A stretch of 63,999 nt of DNA, the filler included, from Asterionella formosa (taxonomy: Eukaryota), in assembly GCA_002256025.1 (NCBI GenBank). It is 8 parts of 8 records of this genome, joined end to end, with 100 filler letters (N's around TTAATTAATTAA, not from the genome) between each part and the next. Parts side by side here need not be neighbours in the genome. Positions count along the whole stretch, not along the records: positions 1 to 26,736 come from NKIB01001637.1; positions 26,837 to 53,558 come from NKIB01001642.1; 6 more parts are not named here. One strand, given 5' to 3'. Both the position numbers and the translations under genes were made by a program. The notes beneath the pieces are model-generated. The model was not told the DNA's origin and did not search any database. It saw nothing but the letters and a program-made list of their open reading frames with translations. Shown in pieces: positions 25,556 through 37,884 of the stretch. The stretch's first letter is position 1. Each line of letters starts with the position of its first letter.

Positions 25556-26588
25556 TGTCATAGTATGATAGTATCGTTTTAGTCGTCTTAGTAGTCATAG
25601 ATTTAGTAATTGCTGGAACAAATCAATAGTTCTATTTGTATTCGTCCTATAAATTGACGAATATTCTTTTACATCATAGATTCAAAATTTCTTATGAAAT
25701 TTTAAAGATATAACTAAATTTCTTTCTCTATTGCATCGTTCATACAATGATATATTAGATCTCCAAGGCGCAGCGACTCGTTTGCCATTTTAATGGAGAA
25801 ATGGCCAATTATCAACATGGCCAATGCATTGACAACATGTTGTCGAGCCTTCCAGTACTAGTACCATTAGCATGTATACAAAGGCTCTGTCATATCATAT
25901 ATTTGTTATTATATTCCGCTTATTTTTATTTAGGCTAAGTTTGGAATGAATGAAATTCAGTTCAAATCGAGTTACCGTTGCTGATAAATTTTCAAATTTA
26001 ATGATGCACGATGAAAAATGATAAGAACGGCCATTATATTAATGACGATCATGTGATCATATAATTTCAATATATAATCTAATATGTATAATAATTATCG
26101 TCATAAGTTGGTAGATGCTACGTATTTGTAGCTCTTACGCAGTAAAAGTTACTAGAAAAAATGTTTCTACACAATTTGTTTGCTTTACTTTTTTTGCTAA
26201 TAGTTGTTTTTATTAAAGAGTGAGCTTAATGTTAATGTAAATTTGAATGTATAATTTTGAAACTTCCAAGCTCATGCATGTTTCAAAATAGAGGTGATCT
26301 TCGGAGGCAAGGTTCATTTGTGTTCCCAACTTGTTCTGAGAATAAACTACATCCTCTTCCTAAATACACATTTGTCTACTAATCATGCCCTGCATCTAAG
26401 CCGCGTATTACGTGAAGTGACCATCACGTAAATAAGCCTAGTTGATTTTGAATGCATCACATGAATTAGTTGAATACATCAAAATACGTAGTTGAACATG
26501 TCTATATATTATCTGAATACATCACGTTAAATATTTGATCAAAGTATCATGCATGCATTCCTGATCATCACTATATTATGTGATCACC

Positions 26589-26736
26589 TTCACATAATTA
26601 TTTGAAATACTTCACATAATTATTTGAAATACTTCACATAATTATTTGAAATACTTCACATAATTATTTGAAATACTTCACATAATTATTTGAAATCCTT
26701 CACGTAATTCTGTAATTTCGTTCACATAATTGTAGA
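26589..26736. repeat. 22-bp minisatellite (TTCACATAATTATTTGAAATAC) at contig end
   Basis: Four perfect copies, one with a single mismatch, then degenerate or partial copies running into the gap. Confidence 0.93.
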
Positions 26737-26836
26737 NNNNNNNNNNNNNNNNNNNNNNNNNNNNNNNNNNNNNNNNNNNNTTAATTAATTAANNNNNNNN
26801 NNNNNNNNNNNNNNNNNNNNNNNNNNNNNNNNNNNN
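26737..26836. other. Artificial contig-joining spacer N44-TTAATTAATTAA-N44 (also 53559-53658, 55302-55401, 57043-57142, 58784-58883, 60525-60624, 62266-62365)
   Basis: Identical 100-nt spacer seven times. The 12-mer places stop codons in all six frames. Confidence 0.98.
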
Positions 26837-27239
26837 TTTGTGGATGCGGATATCGGCGCCAACAACTGCTTGTGCTGTTTGTTCTTTGGCAGTCGATATC
26901 AAGGGAAAATGTGATAGAGGAAAAAATAATAATTGAATCGAAATTAGTTACTCTTTACTTAATTATGTGGTGAGACCAGCATAATATTGCCGTGAAGTCG
27001 CGTAATTTCGCCATTATACCGTTATGAGGGCTAGTTGGAAAAAAATATTGTTGCGAACTCACATAATTATTGGTTTGATCACATAATTATTAGATAAGTA
27101 GAATAAATTTTGTTTTAGAACACATAAATTTTGGTTTGACCCAAATAAATTCCCAAAAAAGTAGCATAATATTTTAGAAAAGTAGCATAAATACGTCACT
27201 TTAGACATAAATTTGAAAAAGTGCCGTAAACGGCGTCTT

Positions 27240-30060
27240 AGATGTTCTTGATCATCATAATCTTCATCTTGTGCATCTTCAAATGCTTCATTGTCATAAT
27301 ACACTCCTCCAATGTAAGCACTATCATAATATAGTTGTCCCGTTCGATTAGATATCTTAAGACCAGTTGGCATATTTTTCTGCACAGCAAGGGCATGTAC
27401 TTGATTTATTATTTCTGGGGTAAGTGGTAGAGGCGTAAGTGTACATCTAGTGATAAATGAATTTGCTGATAGGTGTAATAGCTCATGACCTCCTTGTACG
27501 ATGCCATTGTGGTGTAGATAAATGCAATCTAGTAGGCTGCATGGTGCAATAGTGTTTGAAAACATAGGTTCTTCATGTGCTTGGACATAAGTGCCAACTG
27601 TATACTGGCAATGAAGAGCATAGTCCAGGTTTCGTTGATATAGAATCATACAAGGACTGAAATACGGGGATAACCCATTCTTTGCCGGAAGAAATTCAGT
27701 TTCTTTGCAGATTCTGCGACTAGAATCTTAATCATCAGCCGCGGCAAATGCTTGAAAGGTAATCGGTGATAACCTGAGCATACGCGTTCTTTAATCACAT
27801 AATTGTTTTGTTCCGCTTCAGAAACATACTCTTGTTGGTTTGCGTAATTCATAGTGACTTGAAATTCATTGGAAAGTGGTTCCATCAAAGGACGAAACTC
27901 GTTGTCACAATGGATTGTTGTTATTCTGAATCCTCCGGTATTGTAAACACGGAATACCTGAGGAGTCAAAGCATCTTGATAGACATCAGCTGTCTGATTT
28001 TTGACCCATTGCGCTGTCCTATACATAATGTTTCGAGAAATGTTGTAAGAAAGGATTGTCCATTCACTTCCATTCCATCCATGCAAAGAGTCACTTCGTG
28101 TTGAACTATAATAAGCTCCTTAGGAATCTCGATGTAATCGTCCATGACTGGCAGCGGTTTGCGACGAGTCGTCTTGCCTTTTAGTGTACCAACGTTGGGC
28201 CCAAAACTTTTCTTGGCAATATTGATGTCATTGGTAGTCACAGGGTTGTTGTTGATCATATTCATACAAATTATTACCTTGAATTCGTTGATCGATGGCA
28301 TGCCCAAGGCTTGATATAGATCAAAAGATCGCTTGGCTCTCTCAAATTGATGCTCAGTGTAGAAAGTTTTGTTTTCTACAAATGTATTTACCATTGGAGT
28401 ATTTTTAGTCTTACTATATGTAAGAGTCTTGAATACATATAGATTCATTCCAATTCTTTCGAATCGAACTGGTTTGTCAGGCAAATGAACAATAAATGCA
28501 TCTTCCAGAGTCATAGGTAATCCTGTACCTATCTGCTATTTTGGCATAACTGAAGATTTTGGTGATCGCCTTGTCATTAAACCATGCTTCTCCCCATTGT
28601 GGAAGATTGGCCTTCATATAAGTGACCATGGATCCACCATTTGTGTCCAGTTGCATGCTTCCATTGGTAGAAACCTGAATGGTTTCGACCATTTTTTTGG
28701 ATTGCAAAAGACAGTGACACTTGATTGATTATCCAATAGTATCCAGTCACTCATATCAGATTCTTGATAAAATTGTAGTTTGATATGAGCTCTTGTCCAT
28801 CCAACTCTATTGACATTTTCTTGTTGTGAAGCTTGTGATGACAGTGGGTTGTTGGAAGTAACAGAGGTAACCGTACTTGTGTCCAATGTAGTAGCCTGTG
28901 CCTATGCATGGCTTTGTTGGGCCTTGATGATTGACCATTCTTCTTTGGGTTTATTTTGCTTGCAACATGATGGTGATTTATATCCTGCTCTTCCACAGCA
29001 GTAACATTTTCCTTCTAATCATGTGAATGATGATAAGTTCACGTCTTCATCTTCCTTCCCTACATCCTTTAGTTCCCTGTCTTTATTATGATCTCCTGGT
29101 TTCTTGTGACAGTTGGCTTTATTTGTTACGTCGAACCTATGGTTACTGAGAACATTGTTTGAATCGGTGATACTCTTTGGGTATTGATCATTGCTGAGTG
29201 ACTGTTGAGTGTTCAGCCCAGTCATAATTGATCTGTATTTGGCCTTATCTGCATTATTGAGGTATAAATAGGCCAGGAATTGACTGCAAGCCTGTTCGCA
29301 AAATTTATCTTGTAACTTGATATTTGTCTTCTTGTACCATCCATGGCTTTGACAAACTTGGTGAAGATTATGGGTCCTCCAATGTGTGACTTGAGCACAT
29401 CTTGTGCCACATGAAATCTCTTGGTATAGTCTTGTAGAGTTTCTCCTCCTTCTGCTTTGTATTAAAAATGTTCTCATTGCATCTAAAATGATTGACATTG
29501 AGTATCGATTCTCTTGATAATTTAATGCGCGTTCTTTAATTGCAATAAGCAAGGTTATTGGATTATTTTTGATTTTAATTATAATCCAGGCCGATCTTGC
29601 TTCAATCTTGTTTTTCATAGCCTTGTTGCACCTTTCCCAGAGCAACACACACGCCTTGGTATTGTTATTTTCATAGGTCTGTACCCTTTTACTGTAGGCG
29701 TTATAATCAGCCTTGTATTCAATCTCATATTGCCGATTCTCTGCAGAGTGATCTTCATCTGTGGTTGCAAGGCTCACTTGCTTTCTTGGCTTCCATGCCG
29801 ATGTGCTCATTGGTTCTAAAAACTCGAGCGCAGTTCCTATGTCGTTGCCAAAGTCGAACACTTTCTTGATGAGGTTGATGAGGTTGATGAGGTACTCAGT
29901 AGTAGTCTCATAGTCAGAGGCCTGCTTCGCCGATCCGAGGTAGTAGCTAGTTGTAGTCATTAACAGACTTCTTGTTGGTGTGAGAAGCATTATTGCTCCC
30001 TTCCTTGGCTTAAAAATTGCCCTTGGCTTGAGCCTTCTTGGTAAACTTTCCTTTGCCACT
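27240..30060 (-). mobile_element. Ty1/Copia (CoDi-like) retrotransposon, degenerate gag-protease-integrase region, truncated before RT
   Basis: gag 29019..30059 (YLNNADKAKYRSIMTGLNTQQSLSNDQYPKSI), zinc-knuckle remnant KCYCCGRAGYKSPSC near 29010-28965, protease WILLDNQSSVTVFCN (28614..28886), GPNVGTLKGKTTRRKP (27966..28514), integrase IHCDNEF...EAEQNNYVIKER (27646..28086). Many frameshifts. Confidence 0.88.
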
Positions 30061-31757
30061 CATTTTGCACCTTTTGCAACTTCTTCAGACTCTGGGTGGT
30101 CTTGTACCCTCAAATCTTGTCTCCGGACTCTCCACGGTCCGCCTGTTGTTGATTGTAGTAATATCACGGCGCTTCCTGGCCAGCTAATTCTACTAAAACT
30201 GTTGAAATTGCGTCCCGAAGCCTTCTATTGCTTTCTTGTATCCTGTAAGGACACGTCAGGGACCAAATAGGCTTTAGATATGATAAACGATATGACTATG
30301 AGTACTGAGGGAAACCAACAAATATTAGTAGAATAAATGTAGTTTAAATTACAAACAACAAGAAGTATCTCAGTGATACGATTATTTAATAAGTTATTGT
30401 GAGCAAAAGATTCACAAGAAGATAGCAGGAACACATTGTTCCCCTTTGCCCAATTTGCCAACATAGAGAACCAATCAAAACAGCCGAAGACCCAAAGAAA
30501 GACCAACATACATGGCCATATATTCCAGCCACGATATTAGTGACTGAATCATTGATAGCAGCAACATCCCTGAACAAAAAAAATCTCTGCCAACAATCAC
30601 TAAGCCAACCATTGCTCCACATCACGCATAACACCAACTGCCATTATGCACTCAGATGCATTTTATCCCATCAAAATTCAAATCTGAGAACCCACAAAAT
30701 CAGATATTCTCGTAAGTACTGCTTTGGTCAGATCAAAATTACTTCATCCATAAAAATGCCGACAACTAGCTTACACATAAACATACCACACCGTACCGGT
30801 ATTTGTTGAAGACTACCTGGTACCAGGTACCAGTACTTCCTTGTTGCCTGCAGTACCAGGTTGCACAGCTGTAGCATTTGTCTTTGGTGCTCTGGGCACA
30901 TCTACAAAAATAACATGTACCGGTACACCTGGCAGTAGCTCCCGGCCGTTGACAACTACGGTAGGAGGCGGTGCAGCCTGGTTCTCCCCAAGTACCTGGT
31001 ACTCGGAGTACCGACGAATTGATTTACCAGTACCGGTACAGTCCCACAAGAATTGGAGTTTACCTCGGAGTAGGGCAGAGCGGACTCAACGACTCGCGCA
31101 CCTAACTTTTCCGCGTTCACTGTGTTATTTAGCTCTATGTACCCGGTGTCTGAATTGCTTGAACGAATTTATTTCAAACACATCCACGACCTAATGCTTA
31201 CCGGCCCTCCCCAACGTACATTTGTGTATTCCATGACTTGACCAAAAAATGATTGAAATAGCCAATGCAGTGGTGGTCGTCAGAAGTTTTGGGATTGTTG
31301 GTCTTGGCTGGCCACCGAACACGAACGACCAGTGCGTATGATATGTGCGTAGATTCAACCAGTTCCGGTATACCAGATACATCGGTAGATTGCTGTTTCG
31401 AAGCGAAGGTATAGCGAGAGAATTACGGCTATTGATCTCGTACGTACTGGTACATTCATACCCAGGTGGTACCAGGTCTCTGGTTTCCCGGCACTCGGAG
31501 CACCTCGCATTTATCAGGTACGGTTGTTATGTTCAATGTAAGTACCGGTACTCGGTAGTACTTGCAGAAGGCGAGGTCAGATGTTACTATGCATGATTCC
31601 AGGTACCAGGTGCGGTACCGTACCAGGTTCAGTGAGAGTGAGAAGAAAGGAAACAGCGACACGACCGATGGAATCATGACCTACTTTTTTGAAAGCCATC
31701 TCATAAGCTGCTCAATTAAATTCTACAACCAAAGCACATCTACAGGACGATTAGAGA

Positions 31758-34655
31758 ATGGAGACTAATCGTGGCGACGTTGAAATCATCTTCAGCACTC
31801 CCGATGGCTGGCCGCAGGATGACTTCGCGAGGCAGACGAGTAGTGGGAAAAACGACAGGAATAGAAGCCCAGGAAACTCGAAAGCCGTAGCGTTTACCGA
31901 TGTTGAGCAGGCAAGTCCAATTCCCGATGTGCCTACTGGACTTGGCCCTATAGATCTTGACGACTCGTCGTTGCTGTCTGACTATTCAGACTATTCCGAT
32001 AGTGAGGGTCAAGCTGATAGTCATCATGTCACGGCGAACGGTGTGATTGCCAAGAAGGATTTGCACAACATTCCAGGCTCTCCATGGGCGAAACCCGGTG
32101 CACGACACACCCACCGCCCAACTGAGCCACTTAGTCTTGCTAAGTGGTCTTCCCAGGCTGGATTTTTTATCACAGTGCTCTGGGTGGTATACTTGTTTAT
32201 TGTTGCGTTGTGGTAAGCGACGATGAATGGAATGTTTGCACCTGCTGTGTCACTTCAGTGCTTAACACAGACGTTGAATCCTCCTAACGCAGGAACTACT
32301 CGTCGGTTGGACGCATTATTGTCGAGATCTTTCTTGCCTTGCTCACGTTCCTAGGGTTGTTCTGGAACACGTACTTCACCACATCCTCGGTCTTCAAGTG
32401 CTTCATTCCATCCAAAAACTTCAAGCAAAATGGAAAGTACTTCAGCTTCATTCCTGAAAAGAAGCACCAGGATGATGATTGGCTCCCTGTGACCATCCAG
32501 GTTCCCGTCTACAAAGAGAGTTTGGAAGAAGTTCTTGGACCCACACTAGAAAGCTGCATTGCTGCAAGAGCCCACTACGAGTCTAATACAGGCGCAAGTT
32601 GCAACATTGTGGTGTGCGACGATGGTATGATGAGCTTCCTTCGCGATAATTTCAGTGCTGCGGAAATGCTTTGGGAGAATGTAAATGATTCGAAGGGACG
32701 GGTACCTATCAAGCTTCTCCTTCAACGAATCCCTCGGGCGGCCCGCCGTCACTTGTCAGGGCTTCGATCCAAGAATATCAAGGAGGTTTTCAATCGAATG
32801 CTTTTTTACTACCATAACAAGATTGGTTTTGTGGCACGGTCCACTCTCGACCGTCGTGGCAAGTTTAAGAAGGCATCGAACATTAACACGCATCTCCGAC
32901 TCGTCTTTGGTGCTCAGCAGATTACCGAAGAGAGTGGCAAGAACTTTGATGATTCCCTATTGGAAGTGGCACATAATGATGATGGAAGTCGAGACATCAT
33001 GTTTGGCAACAACGTCGTTATTGGTGACCTGATCATTATTAACGATGCCGATGCAAGAATGTCAGCTCCAGTGATCATGAAGACGGTTCCGGAATTTCTC
33101 AATGACAAGAGACTTGGCTTTACTCAGCATTCTACCAAGACCCTGGACGACCAGCGCGGTGAATCATGTTATTTGAACCTTATCGAAGTCTACACGGACA
33201 TGCTGTATCAGGGTCATTTTCTACTGTCATCCATCATTGGATGTCACCCTCCTCTTGTTGGCCACTCTATCTTTCTTCGAACCCAAGCTGTACGACAGTG
33301 TGGGCGCATGCGCATGTTGCGAAAGGCTCAGCGATGGCTGAATAACATTGGCCTTCCTTTCATTGGCGTCGACAATGTTGGCTTCAGCAATCTCCAGAGC
33401 GAAAATAGAACAGAGTACTGGAGTGAATCCCACGTCTCTGAGGATTTTGAGCTCATGATCCATTTATACAACATCGGCTACACTGGTAGATATATAGCCT
33501 TTCCTGACTGCGAGTTTCAAGAAGGAGTAAGTACACTTGTGCTTGTTGTTAAAGGGGAAGGCGTTGACATACATACGCCCTTACACATGTAAATTTTTAC
33601 AGGTTACCCGCACGTTCGACGAAGAGGCAGGCCGCCACCGCAAGTTTGCTCTTGGTGGGCACGAACTCATGTTCAACCCCTTTCAAGACTGGTTTGGTCA
33701 CGGCATTTTGACTCCAATTTTCAAAACATTTCTTACTTGCGACATTCCGAGTTATTACAAGATCTTCCTTACCTCGTATCTTTTGTCCTACACGTCTGGC
33801 AGTATTTATATCATCGTCTTTACAATTACCGCAGTAGCACGTCTTCTTGATGCAGCAACACCGCAAGAACTTGGATCGCTATCCGCTTTTTCTCCTGCAT
33901 CCGTGATGATTGTGAATATTGTTATCTACTACGTGGTCGGCTACACGTGCTTCATTATTGCAACTTGTCGCATGCATTACAACAACAAGGATCTTTTTTT
34001 CCCTCAGTATCGCAAGCGAGGTTGTCTGTATTTAGTTTGGAAGGAGCTTCGTTATTGCATGACTTTTCAGTTTCTCTTTTACTCCGTGATGGGAAATTAT
34101 TTTTTCCTGGGAGGTATGGACCATCTTATGTCAAAGTCTCGCGTCATTGGCGCGACCAACAAAGATCCGTTGACTGTCAGCTGTTTTACTGCCTTGGGAG
34201 ATATCTTCGCGTTCAATATTGGTAGTTGGACAATCGCACTTCTCCTGGCACTCCTAGCATTGGCAGTTGTCTGGCAAGACTTGAATTACACTTTTGACGG
34301 ACAAGAGCTCATTTCTACTATCCCAAGTACACAATCTCTCCTCTTTGCAGGGCCTACGATTGTCATGTCAATTGCTGCTTTACTGGTTCCTATTATTATG
34401 AATCCCTATGTATGGGGCTGCTATAGGAGAAGCAAGCCCAAGCCAAAGAAGGAAACGAAGATGGACACCACCGGCGTTGTTGGTTCCATTGATACGAAGG
34501 TGCACTCTCCCAAAGGAGTTTCTACGAAGGCTTTGCCATCAATCAAGAATGCGCAACCGCAGAAGTTGAGTACCAAAACATCTTCAACTGCCAACAAGCC
34601 TATTCGGAAGAGTACTGGGAAAAGTGTCCCCAGAGATAGGTTACAGTCAGTGTAG
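31758..34655 (+). CDS. Processive family-2 glycosyltransferase, multi-pass membrane (exons 31758-32212, 32293-33526, 33603-34655)
   Basis: VTIQVPVYKE, VVCDDG, GKFKKASNIN, IINDADAR, WSESHVSEDF motifs. Two N-terminal and several C-terminal TM helices. Two in-frame GT-AG introns. Confidence 0.88.
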
Positions 34656-35191
34656 GAGAAAATTATTTCATGTCATACGTGAACCAAAAAAAACGAGACG
34701 CTTCACTGAGTTTTGTAGTTGAGCCTTTGGCGTGAACCCATACATAAAAACACGAAAACAATGGATATTAGGCTAGGATTGTTCCTGGCAAAAGATTTCA
34801 CAGCTGATGGTGTTAAATAATTAGTATACTGGTAGTTGTGATGTCACTGTACACAACTGTAAAAAGGCCTTGCTTGGATAAAGAGAAGGCAGCGCCTATT
34901 TGTATCAGCCCAAGGTTTTGTAAGCTTTTCTGGAATTTAGGATTTTCTCCGAGGTCCGTAAATTTTGCACGAGGCGACAACGATAGTTGACACCAAGGTA
35001 TTTGGTATCGACGCGACAGAAGTTGACGCCCTGATGCCGTCATGAACGAGATTTAGCGAAACATGTGAGCCAAGTTATTAGCGAATCATTCGAAATGAAT
35101 CCTTTCAGCTTTGATTTGTTTTCGTTGATTCCATGCTACAGTAGCATTACTGCAAGCTAATGTCTTCCGGGAAAAAAGTCAAAAAAGTATT

Positions 35192-36331
35192 TCAAAGATA
35201 GTCCAAAATTTCTTGTTTGCTCCATTCATATAAAGACTCTTGCAACTCTCTGTCGTAACTCTCTGGGGAAGACTTGGTCATAGCTTGTACATGTCCCCCA
35301 ATCTTTTGGCACCACAAAAGTAGGCTGGCCATCACTATCATCATGAAATCTCTCAGCATGAAATCGGTCGCCCATTTCTTCAACAAGAAAGAAGGAAATA
35401 ATTTGGAAAATGCAGAGACTTTACTGTTGGTCAACCAGTCAGTCGTTTCGTTCGTAAAGATGGCCTGCAACGTACTTGCCAGGCCATATCCGTGCGAAGG
35501 AAAGGCTAAGCCCTTGAGAAAAATTCCCACCACATCTCCACCAATGCTAGTACCTACCCATCCAGGACAAATGGACTTGATAGCAATGTCTGGATACCTG
35601 CGCTGTAAGGCACGGGCATGCAATATTTGTGCCAGTTTGGAATCATTGTAGGCGCGTTGATTGCCCCATGGCCAATAGGATTGCCACGAAGAAGCAAGAG
35701 GGGCCCCTGTGACTACGCCGGGTTTAAGCTGTGACCCGTCACTGCCCCAGTGATAGGATGACGATATTTGGATAATCGTGGGCTTGACATTTGTTGCTTT
35801 CTTCAATAGGGGAATCATGTGCTCCGTTAGCAAAACGTGTGAGAGATAATTAACGGCAAAGGATTCGTCATACCCTTGGGGGGTATGAGGTTTGTGAAAA
35901 GGCATGCCGCCATAGTGAATTCCGGCGTTGTTGATTAATATATCAATCTTCTGAAATTTGAACGCAATCTGAATTGACGCTTGTTGGACGCTGGACAAGT
36001 CGTTCAGTGACACCAGAATGGGCACAATGTTACCGTAAGTGGAAGCGGCGAGATTTTGGAGTTTGGTAGGACTTCGGCCCATTGCAATGACCGTCGCGCC
36101 AAGTTTGGCAAAGACCATTGTCAATCCCAATCCGATGCCTGACGTGGCTCCTGTTATAACTACATTGACTCCAGTCAAGGGTCGGTCACCATCAAGGCCG
36201 CTGTATACTTTCGCGATTGGAACGACGTCGTGCTCGAATTCAAAATTTGGTTGCGGAAATCCAATCCAAATGGAAAGAATGACAGCAGCAAAGACGGCGA
36301 ATCTTGAGGTCGGTGAAGCAGGTGGTCGCAT
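35192..36331 (-). CDS. Short-chain dehydrogenase/reductase (retinol dehydrogenase/WWOX-like)
   Basis: VITGATSGIG, LINNAGI, AVNYLSH, catalytic YNDSK, N-terminal hydrophobic anchor. Confidence 0.92.
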   Translation of the reverse strand: MRPPASPTSRFAVFAAVILSIWIGFPQPNFEFEHDVVPIAKVYSGLDGDRPLTGVNVVITGATSGIGLGLTMVFAKLGATVIAMGRSPTKLQNLAASTYGNIVPILVSLNDLSSVQQASIQIAFKFQKIDILINNAGIHYGGMPFHKPHTPQGYDESFAVNYLSHVLLTEHMIPLLKKATNVKPTIIQISSSYHWGSDGSQLKPGVVTGAPLASSWQSYWPWGNQRAYNDSKLAQILHARALQRRYPDIAIKSICPGWVGTSIGGDVVGIFLKGLAFPSHGYGLASTLQAIFTNETTDWLTNSKVSAFSKLFPSFLLKKWATDFMLRDFMMIVMASLLLWCQKIGGHVQAMTKSSPESYDRELQESLYEWSKQEILDYL

Positions 36332-36846
36332 TGCGGCTGACGCTCGCGTTTAGATGGTGGTGGGACGTAGCAGTAAAAGAAGTGGGAAAGTGGAAAAGGA
36401 TACCGGTAGCAGGCAATCATTCCGGCGAGAAGGATCACAGAAACAATTTGCACTCGGTCCGGTACTTCACCACCGGAACGAAGGTACTGGTACCAGGTAC
36501 CAGGGACCAGGGACCAGGTGGTACCAGGGTGTTGGGTGCTATTTATTTAATAAGTACCGTTACTTCTGTTCCAGGTACCGGTCGTACTTTTGTCCGATGT
36601 GCGTACCGGTAGTGCAGATCCTACTACTGGTATGTCCATACGCACACAATCGCGACCACCCCAGGAAAATTAAGAATGCGCATCAGTCTGGCTTTAGGAG
36701 GTTTTCCTTCGTGGTATTGTCGCACTCCGGGGTACATCACATATCATGTGTACAAGCAACGTGCCAACTCCTGAAAATCCCTGTGGTTTTTGTCGTAAAA
36801 CTGAAATGTAGCACTTCGTTTCCTTTTCTTCGGAGTGGCCATCAAA

Positions 36847-37347
36847 ATGGATCTTCTGGATGACAGCGCGAGGTTTCTGATCAAAGTTTCTGAAGAACCA
36901 CTTTCATTGGAGGAGTGCAGCGCCTTCGTGACTGATCCGTCTTGCGGTGCCATTTCAACGTTTGTTGGCATCACCAGGGACAATTTTAATGCAAAGGTCG
37001 TGACGAAGCTAGTTTACGAAGGGTACATTCCAATGGCAGAAAAGGAGCTCCTGAAGTTGTGCCGTGCTGCTTGCGAGAAGTTTGATTTGAAGAAGATAGC
37101 TGCTTTCCACATTTTGGGCGACTGCCCGGTGGGTAAAGCCAGTGTCGTTTTGGCATGCAGCAGCCCGCATCGACGAGACGCCATACATGGGTGCGAATAC
37201 TTAATCGATGAACTTAAAGCAAGAGTCCCAATCTGGAAACTTGAAGTCTATGAAGGAGATGATGCGATTTGGAAGGAGAATGTTGAATGGAAAGATGGGA
37301 AATCAATACGTTTCATGGTGAAAGCAGACCCTTTCATTCACAAGTAG
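36847..37347 (+). CDS. MOCS2B: Molybdopterin synthase catalytic subunit (MoaE family)
   Basis: CGAISTFVGITRD, LVYEGYIPMAEKEL, SSPHRRDA, LIDELKARVPIWKLE, WKEN. ATG at 36847. Confidence 0.93.
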   Translation: MDLLDDSARFLIKVSEEPLSLEECSAFVTDPSCGAISTFVGITRDNFNAKVVTKLVYEGYIPMAEKELLKLCRAACEKFDLKKIAAFHILGDCPVGKASVVLACSSPHRRDAIHGCEYLIDELKARVPIWKLEVYEGDDAIWKENVEWKDGKSIRFMVKADPFIHK

Positions 37348-37884
37348 AAAACAAATTCTATTCCCTACCCAGACGACAGATCAGCATCATCAGTATTGGG
37401 GGGAAGGGGCTCGATCAGCGCTAGCTCCTAACTTCGTTCTGACTTTCCAAGTAATCAACAAGTTACTGATGCTTGATATCCTTTCGATCCGTTGTCTGCA
37501 TACTGCTGATAATATTTTCTCGATAGTAATTACTTTTAATAAGATATGCAATTGTTCATTAAAGGATGGTGGATGTGTCTATACATTCTCGATAACTAGT
37601 ATGGAGATTGCCCCATCGCAATATATGTTGCTGAAGTTTGATAAATCGCCCTTGCTAGAAGATACAGTTTTCTGCATAGAATCGAAAAGCTGGCTGGTAT
37701 AGTTTACATCAAGACAGGGTGTCCTTAAAACGACAGTTTTTTGTCTCAAATCCTTGAATAAGATAAGCCATGGTAAAGTGTTCACAAAGGCTCACTCAAT
37801 AATATTATATGCATACGATCAGTCAACGAGAAGAGTGTTCCGATGCAAACGAGCTCGGTTCGTTCAACTGAGTTCAGTTTCAAT

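Noticed and set aside
26589..26736. 22-bp repeats as a possible CRISPR array
   Set aside because: Head-to-tail copies with no spacers, no cas genes, eukaryotic context.
26781..26792. Recurrent TTAATTAATTAA motif at regular spacing
   Set aside because: Artificial six-frame-stop linker embedded in N runs.
30813..31768. Short ORFs rich in VPGT/YQVP/RYR peptides (also 8599..8829, 22023..22370, 36354..36863, 56154..56372)
   Set aside because: By-products of the GGTACC/TACCTGG arrays, not proteins.
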